Below are positions 12,280 through 40,329 of a stretch of DNA of 64,000 bases, one piece after another. A program made the translations under genes and the position numbers. The stretch lies in NCBI RefSeq assembly GCF_037042905.1, contig NC_087245.1, forward strand, positions 41,356,001-41,420,000, read 5' to 3'. Each line of letters starts with the position of its first letter. The stretch's first letter is position 1. This DNA comes from Lytechinus pictus (taxonomy: Eukaryota). The notes beneath the pieces were generated by a model. It ran no database searches, was not told where the DNA came from, and saw nothing but the letters and a program-made list of their open reading frames with translations.

Positions 12280-14617
12280 TTCCAGGTCCGAATTAATGTC
12301 AAAACTTTATCAGCTATAGCGCCGCTCGTTCGTATAAGATATTTTGATAAGTACTTCTATACGAATTCTAACAATTTTTTTTAATCCCCTTTTCATGAGT
12401 TTATCAAATATTTCGGACCGCGCTATGCGATTGCATGTACGAAGATATAACCATCATTTTGATGGATAGAGTGTCCCGTTTTCAGGTAATCTCAATTTTT
12501 TTTCCGATCGCGCTCGCAATAATGGTTATAAGTTACATAATTTTTTTTATACCTATCCTCTTCATGATGACAAAAGTGCTTAGCATGTCCAGCTTTTAGG
12601 TCGGAGTATATCACAAATATTCAGCTAGCGCTTCGCGCTCGTATTCTTTTATTGTTGGAATATCTCTCGTCTTCATGGGTAAATGCAAACAGTCCTTAAA
12701 ATGCCCATTTCCAATCAAGTCAGTAACAAATTCAGCTGGCGCTACGCGCTCGCATTAATATTTAGTTACACTACGCATCTTGTTCATAATCACAAACATT
12801 CCAGGCTCAGAATGTTCAATATTCAGGACAAAATAGACGAAATTTCCAATTTCGGCTCACTCTTCGTGCACGTATTATCTAATTATAGGGCTTATAAGAT
12901 ACAATTATCTAGATTTTCAGGATAAAGCTAAGAAGAAACTGTTATAGGACCATGGGCAAATCCAGAATGGCGTTGCAAAAAAAAGAAAAAAGGGGGAAAG
13001 AAAGAAAAAAAAGAAAAAGAAGGGAAAAGAGAGGAGAAATAAAGAAGAGGGGAAAAAAAGAAGAGCAAGACGAGTGAATAAAATAAGGTGAGGGGGAGAC
13101 TTTAAGAAAAAGTTTTCAAATATCCCTTTTCAGGTCTGATTGTCAAATGGTATCAGCTCGCGCTGCGCGCTCGCATTTTAATAGCTCACCGATTAAACTC
13201 GCCAGCTGATACGTTTTGACAACCAGACTTGAAAAGGATTAATTCATTCTAACAAACCGTATAGTACTGAAATAGCCCTTTTCATGGCAGTTTATCAAAT
13301 ATTTCGGCTCTCGATTTGCGCACGCATTCTATTCATAATTACAAAAGTGCTTAAAAATAATGTCCAGTTTTCACTCAGGCCTTAATTGACAAATTTCGCG
13401 CGCTCTCATTAGACTTATTAGATTAGTGAATAAGATAATAACATTTTCACGAATTCCTAATAATTAAATTGTCCTTTTTCAGAAAGGAATATCGACAAGT
13501 TTCATTTAGCGCTTAGGAAGAGGAATAAGAAGATAAAGCCATTATTTTCAGATAATGACAAAATGCCCTTACAATGTCTCGGATCGATCCTCGGTCAAAA
13601 TAATGAAAGCTTCGAGCTCGCATCATTTATTATGTGCGATCTTTATCCACTTCATAATTTCCCTATATACACAGTGCTTGAAATGTTGATTTTTTTTTTT
13701 CAGCTCGCGCTTCGCGCTCGCATTATTGATTTTCAAAATAAAAGAAATGTATAAGAATGCCCAATGATTCTTGGGCTAAATCTAAAACACGCGCACGCAT
13801 GTTTATTGAGATACGAAACTTTTTTTATTCAAAACGTACTTAAATTATCCAGTTTCAGATTAGAATATAAAAAAATTCTGCTTGCGCATTGCGCTCTCCC
13901 ATTATATCAACATGTAGAAAGATACCGACTCCTCATCCTTTTCATGATTTACAAAGCATGAATATATAAGTGTCCCGTTTTTAGGTCTAACTTCCGCGCT
14001 CGCGCTTCGCATTATTTGTTTAGTTACATACCTATCCAGTTTATGTTTTAAAAAAGTGCTTAGAATATGTCCCGTTTTTAAGGCAGAATGTCAAAAAATT
14101 TCAGCTCGCGCTTCGCGCTCGCATGATATTGTTGAAATATGTATTGTCTTCATATGGGTAACTGCAAACAATCGTTATAACAGGTACTTTTTCGATAAGG
14201 CCAGAACGTGCAAATTTCTGCTCGCGCTCGCAGTAATTATTTAGTTACATAAATTGCTCAGAATATTAAATTTTTAGGACAATATACATGAAATTTCCCC
14301 CAAAAAAATTAGCTCGCGCTCGCACTATTCAATTAGGACTTATGTGAGGTTATTATATATGCATGTTGTTTCATAAGAATAAAGCTGATTACTGTTAGGA
14401 CTAGCCCTAAAAAAAAATCAACTTTGAGCGCCGATCGGGGAAAATATAGGTGAATTTTTGTTTGCCCCCCCCCCCCCCCTATTGGCGAAAGCTGGATTCA
14501 CCCCTGGTTAGGACAACCCCTTCAAAGAAATAAGTTTAGGCGGCAAACTGGGAAAATGTGTATTAAAATATTTTTTCGGCCCCGGCTTTTGGCAAAAGCT
14601 GCATGGATCTGCCCCTG
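12280..14617 (-). mobile_element. Self-nested hAT-like elements (12951-14506 inserted in a same-family copy)
   Basis: Two stacked right ends (GGATTCACCCCTG at 14506, GGATCTGCCCCTG at 14617); (GT)TATAGGAC / GTTAGGAC flank the inner copy. Confidence 0.7.
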
Positions 14618-14660
14618 GTTAAGCGAATTGCGATGTTCCTTGATTAAAGTAAGGACTTAA

Positions 14661-15268
14661 AGTGTTGGTCAAGGCTATAGAGATATTTCTATCTCAATAA
14701 ATAGAGTAAAATTTACAAAGCAAAATGCTGAAAATTTGATTAAAATCGGATAACAAATAACAAAGTTATTGAATTTTAAATATTTGCATTATTCCGTTGA
14801 AACAGTTCTAGACATGTCTTTATGAATATTCATAGGTGGGCTGATGATGTCATATCCCCACTTGTTCTTTTGTATTCTATTATATGAAATTAGGTTTATT
14901 AAAAAAAATTCTTCCAAGAACTAAAATAACTGGATTGACAACTGATTAAGTGCATTAGATATTTATTGCCGCAACTTATTTCATCATAATGGAGACACAT
15001 CATTTGCACATGTATGAAAAAATGAAACATTTATGATTTCATGTAAGTAACATAAGGAAAAGGAAAGTGGAGATGTGACATCATCTGCCCACCTAATGAA
15101 TATTCATGACGATGTGTATATAAACGTGGTATTCACAAATTATTTATAATTTTAAAATTCAGGAACTTCGTTATGCGTTATCCGATTTTTATGAAATTTT
15201 CAGCATTTTGCTCTGTGAATTTTACTCTTTTTATTCAGATATAAATATTTTCAGCCTGGACCATCCCT
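14661..15268. mobile_element. Kolobok-like MITE family B
   Basis: TTAA|AGTGTTGGTCAAGGCT...CAGCCTGGACCATCCCT|TTAA; second copy at 31172-31761. Confidence 0.8.
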
Positions 15269-15325
15269 TTAAAGATGAATTTTTAATTGTTGATAAAAGT
15301 TCCCAGAATCATAATTCATGGGGAC

Positions 15326-16909
15326 CAGGGGCGGCGGAGCGAAGTTGAAATTGCGGGGGGGGGGGGGGGCACAGAGAAAAAAGGGCACCTTTTATTTCGA
15401 AAAGGGCACTATTTCAAAACAAAGGGGGGGGGGGAGACTCAAAGTGGTGTAATGACTATTGAGCCAAAAAGTGTTGGGGGCTAAGTATATGTCGTATCAC
15501 CTAAAATTTATAAGAAGCTGCGAGCGACCAAAAATTTGTACATTTAAAAAATAATGTAACATTTCATCATTCTCTCTTTCTACTTCTTTCCCTTTCTCTT
15601 CTTTTTTCCTCAAGAATGGGGGAGGGGGCAAGGGCCCCCAAGCCCCCCTTCTATACACCACTGCTTATCTACCACATTCACGTGACTCATGAAACTTAAA
15701 GGACAAGTCCATCCCAACAAAAAGGTGATTTGAACAAATAGAGAAAAATCCAACAAACATAAACACTGAAAAGTTCATCAAAATCGGATGTAAAATAAGA
15801 AAGTTATGACATTTTAAAGTTTTTCTTAATTTCACAAAACGGTTATATGCACATCCTGGTGGGTATGCAAATGAGGAGACTGATGACGTCATCCACTCAC
15901 TATTCATTTTGTATTTTATTATATGAAATAGCGAAAATTCTATTTTTCTCCACATTATCAAGTGAAACGGTGATTAATTCCTCCCTAAACATGTGAAAAT
16001 AATGAGCATCGTTTAATACTATATGATTCAGTCAAGTTGGTCCTCATTGTCAAATCTATAAAAAATGAAATATTGTATAATTCAAACAATAAAAACAAAA
16101 GAAATAGTGAGTGAGGGACATAATCAACTTCTCATTTGAGTTGTTTATATCACTGTTTTGTGAAAAATAAGCAAAACTTTAAAGTGTAATAACTTTGTTA
16201 TTTTACATCCGATTTTGATGAAATTTTCAGCGTTTCGCTAGTTTGATTTTTCTATATTTATTCAAATCAACATTTTCTGGGGTGGACTTGACCTTTAAGG
16301 CATGTAGCATTATTCTTACAAGCTTTTCCTTCATAAGTATAAAACATCTAAGAATAAGAATTATTGTTTTCTTGTTTCGAAGGGGTACTCTTTAACAAAT
16401 AAAAGGGGTCCTTCTCAGGTGAAAGGGGCACAGAAAACGTTCGTGAAGGGCACTTTTCTTGGGGCACTGGTTCGAGAGGGGCACTTACATGAAGACAAGG
16501 GGTACTTGCTCACACATAAAATGGGTCCTTCTCAGGTGAAAGGGGCACAGAACCCGTTCGTGAGGGGCACTTTTCTTGGGTAAAGGGGCACTGATTCGAA
16601 AAAGGGCATTTACAAGAGGGCAAAGGGCACTTGCCCACATAAGTATAAAAGGGGTCCTTCTCGGATGAAAAGGGGCACAGAACACGTTCGAGACGAGGCT
16701 CATTTGGTAAAAAAAAATTGGCACTTATACTAGAAAGGGCACTTAAATTGGTAACACCTAAAACGGGTCCTCCTCGAGATGAAAGGGGGACAGTACACGT
16801 TCGAAAGGGGGCATTGTTCTTGCGTAAAAAAGGGTAATATATTTTGTCAGGGCTTCAAAAAGTGTGGGGGGACTGTGCCCCCTCGGCCCCCCAGGATCGC
16901 CGCTCCCTG
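15326..16909. mobile_element. Non-autonomous hAT-like element with nested insertions and ~120-bp internal repeats
   Basis: TIRs CAGGGGCGGCGGA / TCGCCGCTCCCTG; exact 8-bp TSD ATGGGGAC; AAGGGCAC-rich repeats at 16400-16830. Confidence 0.85.
15700..16294. mobile_element. TTAA-targeting MITE (Kolobok-like), ~595-bp family A
   Basis: TTAA|AGGACAAGTCCA...TGGACTTGACCT|TTAA; long imperfect TIRs. Confidence 0.85.
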
Positions 16910-17299
16910 ATGGGGACTATTAATTGGGAATCTTAATGAAACGGAAATTGTATTTTGATTGCGGGGTTTGCTCGGGTCACAAGTCATTGCTTGGGTCACG
17001 TAGGTAGGGGGAAGAGGCGGGCAGCTCTGGACGAAAATAATTTAATTCAATTCTTTGTGTGTGATGCGCGGATTAGGGCTATACAAACCCTTTTTTCCAA
17101 AGAGACAGGACTATTGTCATTTCTTGACCCCTTTCTGTGATTGCGATAATGAAGAGCAGATGTTGAACTTGTTACATATGTGATTTTCTATTTGAAATTA
17201 AGTACCCCCCCCCCCGGTGACTTTTTGGTATTAATCAATAAACATGATCGTAGGGAATATATACATGTACTTATATGGATTTACATATGCACAATATAA

Positions 17300-17520
17300 T
17301 TTTATGTTGACTTTTGTTCTACATACACACGTATTTCAGTATGTCTGTCCTGCAGGTTGTCTCTTTGAACATATTTTCTTCCTTGTTTAATATTTTTCAC
17401 TGTTTTTATTACATGTATATGTATTTGTTACTTGTGTGTAGCCCCCAAGAAAAACAGTGATTAGTCCACTGATGGGGTTACCCTGTATAAACAAAACGGA
17501 ATAAATAAATAAACTGAATA
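17300..17520 (+). mobile_element. LINE 3' end fragment (L2/Crack-like)
   Basis: GCCCCCAAGAAAAACAG...GGGGTTACCCTG followed by (AATA)n, similar to 53345-53431. Confidence 0.45.
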
Positions 17521-17654
17521 CCATACCAATCACAAGCGTTTGGAATTTCGCTTGATTCTTTGGTCCTAGTTTAAATGCTTCTCTCTCTGAAACCTGCCTC
17601 AAGTTCAAAAAGTTTGAAATCATTATATAATCAGTTTTATTATGAGAATGAGAT

Positions 17655-17778
17655 CAGGGACCCGTTGCAGTAAGAGGTGCGTTTAAAGCGAAAGTCCCCA
17701 GATGCGCGCTTTTGATCGGTCGTATATATTTTTGTTAGAATTGCAATTGATTGCAAGTCTTTCTGCAACGGGGTCCTG
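17655..17778. mobile_element. Small MITE (Harbinger-like)
   Basis: CAGGGACCCGTTGCAG / CTGCAACGGGGTCCTG inverted ends. Confidence 0.6.
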
Positions 17779-17990
17779 TAAATGTATTTGTAAATGACAA
17801 TGTGATCCCAAATCGCATCAAATAATTTTCACACACTAAACATAAGCGCATTTGAGTTGATCCACCCGAGGCAGGCTTATTTGTGTCTAGGCAGAGTTTG
17901 GGTTTACTAGTTTAAAGGTTTCGAACCAATTTCTGAAGTTAGTCCCTCAAACGGTGATTTAGATAACGCAAAAACAAGATATTCCCATTT

Positions 17991-18518
17991 CCCGGGGGGG
18001 GGGGCACTTCCATGACGAGTGCATACCATGCGTGACCATAGGGTTTCGAAAAGCACCCTTAACAAGTATTTTCCATGTTCTTAAAATGCACCCCTTAACA
18101 TGTTATGGCGTGTGAAACTACCCTTAACAAGCATTGGAACGGTACCCTTGACAACAATTCCCTGAATTGACCTCATAAACAAGTACGATATCTCAATTGT
18201 TAAGTCACGGACGTCAGCTTTACCTTTACATTCAGTTGGGTTTAGTACCACCCCACATACCTCGCTCAAATCGGACCCTTAACACGTAGTGTTGGGGCAA
18301 AATCCTTTTAGTATTTTAATCTTTTTTTACCGTCGCAAATTGGACCGTAAACACGTAGTTTTCCAGCGAAATATATACCCTTTTTTTAATTTTAGTATTT
18401 TTGACACCCTTACTACGTTACGTACAAAACGTGCCTATCTTGAAAACAAAAAAAGAGATCCTTTATACGTTTTGGGGGGTCACGCATGGTATCCATTCGT
18501 CAATGGAAGTGCCCCCGG
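17991..18518. mobile_element. MITE with CCCGGGGG-GCACTTCCA termini
   Basis: TIRs GGGGCACTTCCATGACGAGTGCATACCATGCGTGACC / GGTCACGCATGGTATCCATTCGTCAATGGAAGTGCCCC; partial second copy at ~37985-38298. Confidence 0.8.
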
Positions 18519-18529
18519 TACCTTTTATA

Positions 18530-19320
18530 CAGTGCGTCCCACAAAAAACGAAACCGAGATTTATCATAACTTAATCACAATTACAAATGACCTACCATTG
18601 TAAAGCTTAGAATCTCCTCTTTCATCTGAAATTACTTAGATTATTTCTCATTCACGCATGAGTGAGTAAAAACAATTTGAAGAGGGGGTACCAAAATGTC
18701 ACTTGGCGGGCTGTATCTGGGTTTCAAAAAGAAAACCACAATTTTAAAAAGTTCAATATCTGCTCTTTAATTTGATACCTCAATTACAGAAAATAGTCAA
18801 GAAATAACAGTTTTTCTGGCTATTTGAAATAAGGCTTGAATTTCATAAAATGAAGAGGTTTTACAAGCTAGCGTTCAAACTCGCTCGAAACTCCGTTTTG
18901 TTGACGGTCAACCATGCATGAAGTCTTTTGTTAACCGTGCGATAGGTTCTGTGGGAAACCGGTGAACACACATTTAATGAAATTATGGAAATACAAGCAT
19001 TGTTTCGAGGGAACATAACTTTTTTACTTCTTGACCATTTTCTGTGATTAAGGTATCAAATAAAAGAGCAGATATTGAACTTTTAAGGCATGTGATTTTC
19101 TTTTAGAAATTCAGATACCCCCCGCCAAATGAGTTTTTGGTATCCTTTCTTCAAATTATTTTTGCTCACTCATGCGTGAATGAGAAATAATCTACGTAAT
19201 ATCAGACGAAAGAGGAGATTCTAAGCTTTAAATTGGTAGGTCTTTTGTCTTATTTTATTTATGATTAAGTTATGATCAATCATCGCTAAATCTCGGTTTC
19301 GTTTTTTCTGGGACGCACTG
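18530..19320. mobile_element. Tc1/mariner-type palindromic MITE
   Basis: TA|CAGTGCGTCCCA...TGGGACGCACTG|TA; arms inverted over ~300 bp. Confidence 0.88.
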
Positions 19321-19355
19321 TATAATCACCTCAGTCCTTGTTACTCCAAAATCTA

Positions 19356-19772
19356 CCGTGCGAGTAAAAAAAAAAAAAAAAAAAAAACTTTACACTTCAC
19401 AAATCCCCATTTAAGGAAAAAATTTGTCAAGATCGCATTACAATCATTATATATGGTTGGAAAGAGTATCTTCTCCCAATTAGTTTGATACCATATTAAA
19501 ATGTATGTGGTATATGTTAACGCTTAGGTAATTATTAGGTATCATTCTGCAGTGAAGTAAATTTTGACTTGCGCCAGAGTAAGGCACGACTGCAGTCATG
19601 AACCCAGTTGCCAAATTTTCAATGACGTCAAGCGTTAACACATACCACATGTTATCAAATTAATTGGGAGAACATACTCTTTCACGCCATTTATGTAATA
19701 TAATTGTTTTCATGACATAATTTTTTCATTAATTGGGGACTAGTGAGGTGTCAAAGTTTTTTACTCACACGG
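19356..19772. mobile_element. Tc1/mariner-type MITE
   Basis: TA|CCGTGCGAGTAAAAAA...TTTTTACTCACACGG|TA; inverted arms. Confidence 0.8.
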
Positions 19773-19799
19773 TAGATGCATACTCTGACCAATTCTGAA

Positions 19800-22282
19800 G
19801 TTAGTATGCAAGTGATTTAATTTTATTGAAAATGAAAATGGGACCCCAAATGTATGCCTCCGGCAAACGCCTACATTGGGCAAGGCATTAAAAGAACTTG
19901 CACTAACTCTTAGTTCTCACAACAAAATAAAACAAGATACACTAGTTTCCAGACAACAGACATTATAATTGTTAAACTGTGTAATGACAGTTTCACAGGA
20001 TACAATGTTAGGATACCATTTTCTTCAGCTTAAAATGCATGCATTTTTCATTGTTAATACATGTAGCTTATAGCCATGATTAGCATTTACTGTGAGTTTT
20101 TATTTTTAATAACTGAACCGAGATGGAGTTGTGCCAAAACAACAACCTTTCTTTATATTGCCAAGATACATTGAAGAATCAAGAAACAAAATCTTCTCAA
20201 TATGGTAGTAAGTCCTGGGAAGCAATTCTTTGAACTGGACAAAAAAGTATGTCTTACAGATTGTTAGTAATTTACCTATGTTTCTACAAGATAGACTACT
20301 GAAATAACATTTTTTTTTTTTTGGGGGGGGGGGGGGAGTGGTAGTACGATTAGAAAGAACTTCCAAGTACATGTTTACCATCTGTGCATGGCTAACATCC
20401 CAAACCACTGATATGCAAAATATAAATGCAAATGGTTTGATATACACATTCCTATTATCAGACAATGCATTCTAATTTCTAGAATTGTCTATTCTACAGA
20501 GTTTGCCTGTTTAACAACCTAACATCTACAGCAAATGGGGGAAATGAAACAAACAAAACGCAAACAAAACAAATAAAATGAAAAAGAAGAAAAAAATGTC
20601 CCTGCAGGAAGAATATATCACATATTACTTGACAAAAAAAAACCATAGTATTCAATTTATAGTTCCATTACACTTTTCTAATATCTGTTATCACAATAAA
20701 AAAATGCATAAATGCTACGTTTCCGATACACATTGAACCAGAAATATTCACGACGACACAAATCTTAAATAAAGTAACATGTGATCCAAATGCAAATGCA
20801 ACATGACTGGTAGAGAGCTATTAAAGAAATTTTAATCTATAAATATATCTGTCAACTTTCCTCCTCCTCCCCCTTGGAATACACTTGTCCATCGCCTCTT
20901 AGGCTTTGAATTTGAATGGCTGTCTCGTGGATGAAAAGCTTAGGACCATCCCAAAGTATTCCTAAGTTTGTTCAAGTAGACCCAGCAAAAGACAAGTGCA
21001 GCCCTACCTCAAGTGCAAAGCATCATCAGTAAATCCTAATGTGTATAACATGTGAAACACAGAAAGATGTGCAATAGTACAGCATAAACAAACTTCAACA
21101 TTCGAAAATACACATTTCCACCTTTTAAATTATTTGAACATGTAATTTGATGACTTAAAGGGCTATAAAATAAAATGGTCACCTCAGACAAATGCAGTTA
21201 CATGTATATGAAATCTTAACCAATGATACATACATGTACTGCACTAAAATCACCTTTAACAAGGTGTGTTCCTTTGAAACATAAGGGAAGTCAAATCATT
21301 GTGTATAAACCTATGACATCTTAATATTATTAGCTGCAGGTTACCAACATCAAAAATTGGTTTTTATTTATTTTTTCTTTCTAAAAGCATAATGTGAAAC
21401 TGCTACATATTTGGTTAATTCTAAATCATAAAAATGTTGTAGTTTACTTGACCTACCCACCTCTACATGTAGTGCATGGTTCTGGGTTATTCAAAGGCAA
21501 TTACAAAAGGTGCAATGAAACAGAAATAAAAAACATCAATTAAATGCATCATGGAATCCTTTAAGTTCAGTTTCATCAAAAAAATATCACAAAATAATCT
21601 ATCCAGCAATAACATAGACATGTACAATGTAAATAGATTGCTAGAAATAAATAGAAAATTTTCCCTCACACTCGTCTCTGCTATTTGGCCAGATCCTTTT
21701 TTCTGCAAACAAAGTGTTAAATTTGAAAGTTTCACAAAGGCAAGTACTTTATGCATACCTATTCAATTACTGGATGTTCTTTGACATTCCTTCCCTTTTT
21801 ATAACATTACTTTTAAGCTGAACTATGGTAAGTTAACAACATTCAAAATATGCAGTTGGACATGTTATCGAGTCAGTGACATAGAACACTGAACTAACTT
21901 TATTGTACAGTACAGAAATAGCTACTGAAACAGTATGATTCTATGGTTAACGGTTGATTTACATTTCTTCCTACATAATATATTTTGTGACACAATTTGG
22001 TTGCAAAAGAAAGTTACACCATAGACTTTTAATCCATCTGTCACATACATGTAAATACTCGGTGTCTTAAATGCGTAAACATAAGCACCCTTCACCCTTG
22101 AACACTCATTCACTTTGTTTTTAAGTCACCAAGCCTTATCCATTCTGTCTTTGCCATCTCCAGAATTGGTAAATAAGACATCAAAAGGTTAGGATGCTTC
22201 CTCCAAGCCCTTTTTGTTTGGATACACGATTTGTAATTATGGGAACATTTACGGCACACCTATAATTCAGCTTCAATCAAGT
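19800..22282 (-). other. Probable long 3'UTR of the 14-3-3 gene with several candidate poly(A) signals
   Basis: ~2.5 kb with no recognisable transposon directly after the stop codon. Minus-strand AATAAA at 21899-21904, 21363-21368, 20099-20104 and 19822-19827; transposons resume at 19774. Confidence 0.55.
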
Positions 22283-37132
<14,850 letters not shown>

Positions 37133-37379
37133 GATTGCTTGACTTGGCTGCTACTTGATTTGACTTGTAATTGTACAAACTTATTTTACTCTGACGCTAT
37201 CGCTAGCCTCGATCCTCGGCTCAAAGGCTTTCAGTTTCAAGCTCGTCGTCAGTCTAACGAGACTCCGACCGATGTAGAAAAAGTTAAAAGTCTAACATTT
37301 GAGAGGTCAAAAATCTTACGGTTTCAACACACACTATCAAAATAAGGCTAGTGTCATTGATCTTCTCCGAGCCTCTCAA

Positions 37380-37580
37380 GCTACGTTGACAAGCTAGATC
37401 TTAACCTGGCAAATCGTACTTAGTCTTGGTGGTTTTCGGTATCGCTACAACGGTACCCACTACAACATGGGTTTCTTCAACGTTAGATGCATATATCTTC
37501 GCGCGAGATTTCGGGCGTCGTCTCATAGACTGTGTGTACACTGCATGTAAAAATGGCGGCGAATGGGGCCGGATCACTCA
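37380..37580 (-). promoter_or_regulatory. Probable 14-3-3 promoter / 5' region
   Basis: CpG-richer unique sequence upstream of the ATG, with TTCGCGCGAGA (~37498-37508) and a YY1-like AAAATGGCGGC (~37550-37560). TSS not determinable. Confidence 0.4.
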
Positions 37581-38791
37581 AAATCATTACAATAAATTAT
37601 TCCGCAATGCTCAAATCCGAAGCCCCTCTTTCATTCAGGGCACTAGTGTTAACGATTTTACTTCAAAAATTATAATTTTGATTTTGAAAAATACTTGATG
37701 TTTAATTAATATATTAAGCAATATTATTTCCGATCATTTTAGGAAGTATATCTAAGGATCTTGTTCCAGTTGACCAGTTTACCGCTATCTACATTTTTGC
37801 CTTCACTCGGTGAGGGGTTTCCTTTTATTAGAATCAAGGTGCTTGACGTTTCTGTAACCAGGCGATTACGGGTGGGGTACGTACATCAAAATGTACGAGA
37901 ATGAGGGTAGTAGTAGTAGACCGGCGAAACGTCAAAAAATCCCGGCTAAAAGTCTTGCAAAAATCCAAAGAATAGCGTACGGCCGGATTTGGTTTAGTAC
38001 GACCCCACCTTCTACACCTCGCGCAAATCGGACTCTATAAACACGAAGTGTTGGGGCAAAAAGGACATCCTTTATAAAACATTTTAATTTTGTTTTATTA
38101 TCATCCCCGCAAATTCGACCCTAAACACGTAATTTTCTTAGCGAAATAGATACCCTTTTTTCATTATTTTTGTGTTTTTGACACCCTTTTCACGTTACGT
38201 ACGTAACGTGCCCTATCGTGAAAAAGACATCCTTTTTACGTGTTTTTTTGGTCGCGCATGGTATCCACTCGTCAATGTAAGTGGCCCCCCCCCCCGGGTG
38301 CCAAGCTTACTTTTGCGTGAAAGTGTCATATTTATGTAAATGTGAAAGGATCCTTTCGACATCCGGATGTCGAAAATCACGCATTTTGATATTTTGACGG
38401 AATATGTTAAAATGTTTGATTATCTTTGATATATGCGATCCTTTTTATTTGGAGTTTCAAATTATAAGTCTCATATATATATACATTTCAAATTTGAACA
38501 TAACACACACATATTATGGCACAGTGGAATATAAAACCGCGATTTCCTCAAAATAAAAGTTTGTGAAAACTATCGATAGTTTGAAGTTTTTTTTACACAA
38601 CTTAATCCCTCGATTTAAATTCTTTTATCCATCGAATGTATAGTAAATATCCTAATGCCACAGATATCAAAAGAATTTTCAAGTAAGATGGAAGATATCT
38701 CATTTCATACTATCCGAAAGATAACAACGTAAATTTTTATCGGAGTGCATTTTTGATGAAAACAAACAGCGCACAATCATTACCCGGTGCG

Positions 38792-39139
38792 CATATAGGC
38801 GGGGGGGGGGGGGACGGGGGGACATGTCCCCCCCCCCTAAATTTGAGGGGGGGACGGCGTTGCTTGTCAAAAAAAATTATGGTCCCCCCTAAAATTTAGG
38901 TTGATAACCATTTTTTTTTTTTTTTTTTTTTTTTGCTTGTCATTTTTTTCCTGCATCCCCCCCTAAATTCAGGTGGACCCCCCCCTAAAATGTTTGTGAC
39001 GGTACCCCCCTAAAATTTCGTTTGATAACTTTGTTTTTTTGCTTTAATTGTCAATTTTTTTTATTTTTTACCTGTGTCCCGAGTCCCAAAATTTTAGGTG
39101 GACCCCCCACCCTAATTTTTTTGGCTTCCGCCGCCAATG
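38792..39139. mobile_element. hAT-like MITE
   Basis: Ends CATATAGGCGG / CCGCCGCCAATG; exact 8-bp TSD CCGGTGCG; CCCCCTAAA repeats; same family as 1441-1703. Confidence 0.8.
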
Positions 39140-39730
39140 CCGGTGCGATACTCGTCATGATTAGGATTGTGTTTACTTTTGTAGAGTTTGATCTTCTTGC
39201 TATTTCCGTGAATGACTCATTGCAGAATTGGTGCTGAACGCAAATCTACCTGTGGCGATATTCATAGGTCTGGTATTTCATTTTCCGTTACCATGGTAAC
39301 ATTAATTTTATAAGAATTCCCCCTTAAACAAACATCCATAACTTCCGAAACAATGCGAGTTTTTAATGTTTTTACATGAGCGTGTAGGTAATTACCCTCT
39401 GAGTAAATGTTATGGACGTATTTTATGTCATGCTTCAGTGAGCACCGCCAGCATGACCAGAAGGCAAAATTGTCACTTTTAAAAAGTCACAAGCCAAATA
39501 TCATGATTTTGATTCCACTTTATTGGAACCGATTCCTCATTCTCATCATGAAAAATAGTCAGAAGGCGTGTAAAAGGTCCTTTCGAAAAGACGATACAAG
39601 TTTTTTTTGGCTAAATTTCACGGTTGAATAAACACAAGCTAAAATTTGCAATAATTTTATTCTTATTACACATTTCTATCGAATGATCGAATAATTATGA
39701 TGACATTTATTTTGGGGAAGAGTATCTAAC

Positions 39731-40329
39731 AGGTCAAGTCCACCCCAGAAAATTGTTGATTCAAATAAAAAGAGAAAAATCAAACTAGCATAATGCTGAA
39801 AATTTCATCAAAATCGGATCTGAAATAAGAAAGTTATGACATTTTAAAGTTTCGCTTATTTTCACAATACAGTGATATGCACAACTCGGTGACATGCAAA
39901 TGAAACGGTCAATGATGTCCCTCACTCACTATTTCTTTTGTTTTCTATTGTTTGAATTATACAATATTTCATTTTTTACAGATTTGACAATAAGGACCAA
40001 ATTGACTGAACCATATAGTATTAAACAATGTTAATTCCACACGTTCATGAAGGAATTAATCGTTGATTCACTTGACAATGAGGAGAAAATTAGAATATTT
40101 CACATTTCATATAATAAAATACAAAAGAAATAGTGAGTGGATGACATCATCAGTCTCCTCATTTGCATACCAATCAGGATGTGCATATAACTGTTTCGTG
40201 AAATTAAGCGAAACTTTAAATCATAACTTTCTTATTTTACATCCGATTTTGATGAAATTTTCAGTGTAATGCTTGTTGGATTTTTCTCTTTTTATTCAAA
40301 TCAACTTTTTGTTGGGGTGGACTTGTCCT
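39731..40329. mobile_element. Kolobok-like MITE family A
   Basis: AGGTCAAGTCCACCCC...GGGGTGGACTTGTCCT|TTAA. Confidence 0.85.
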
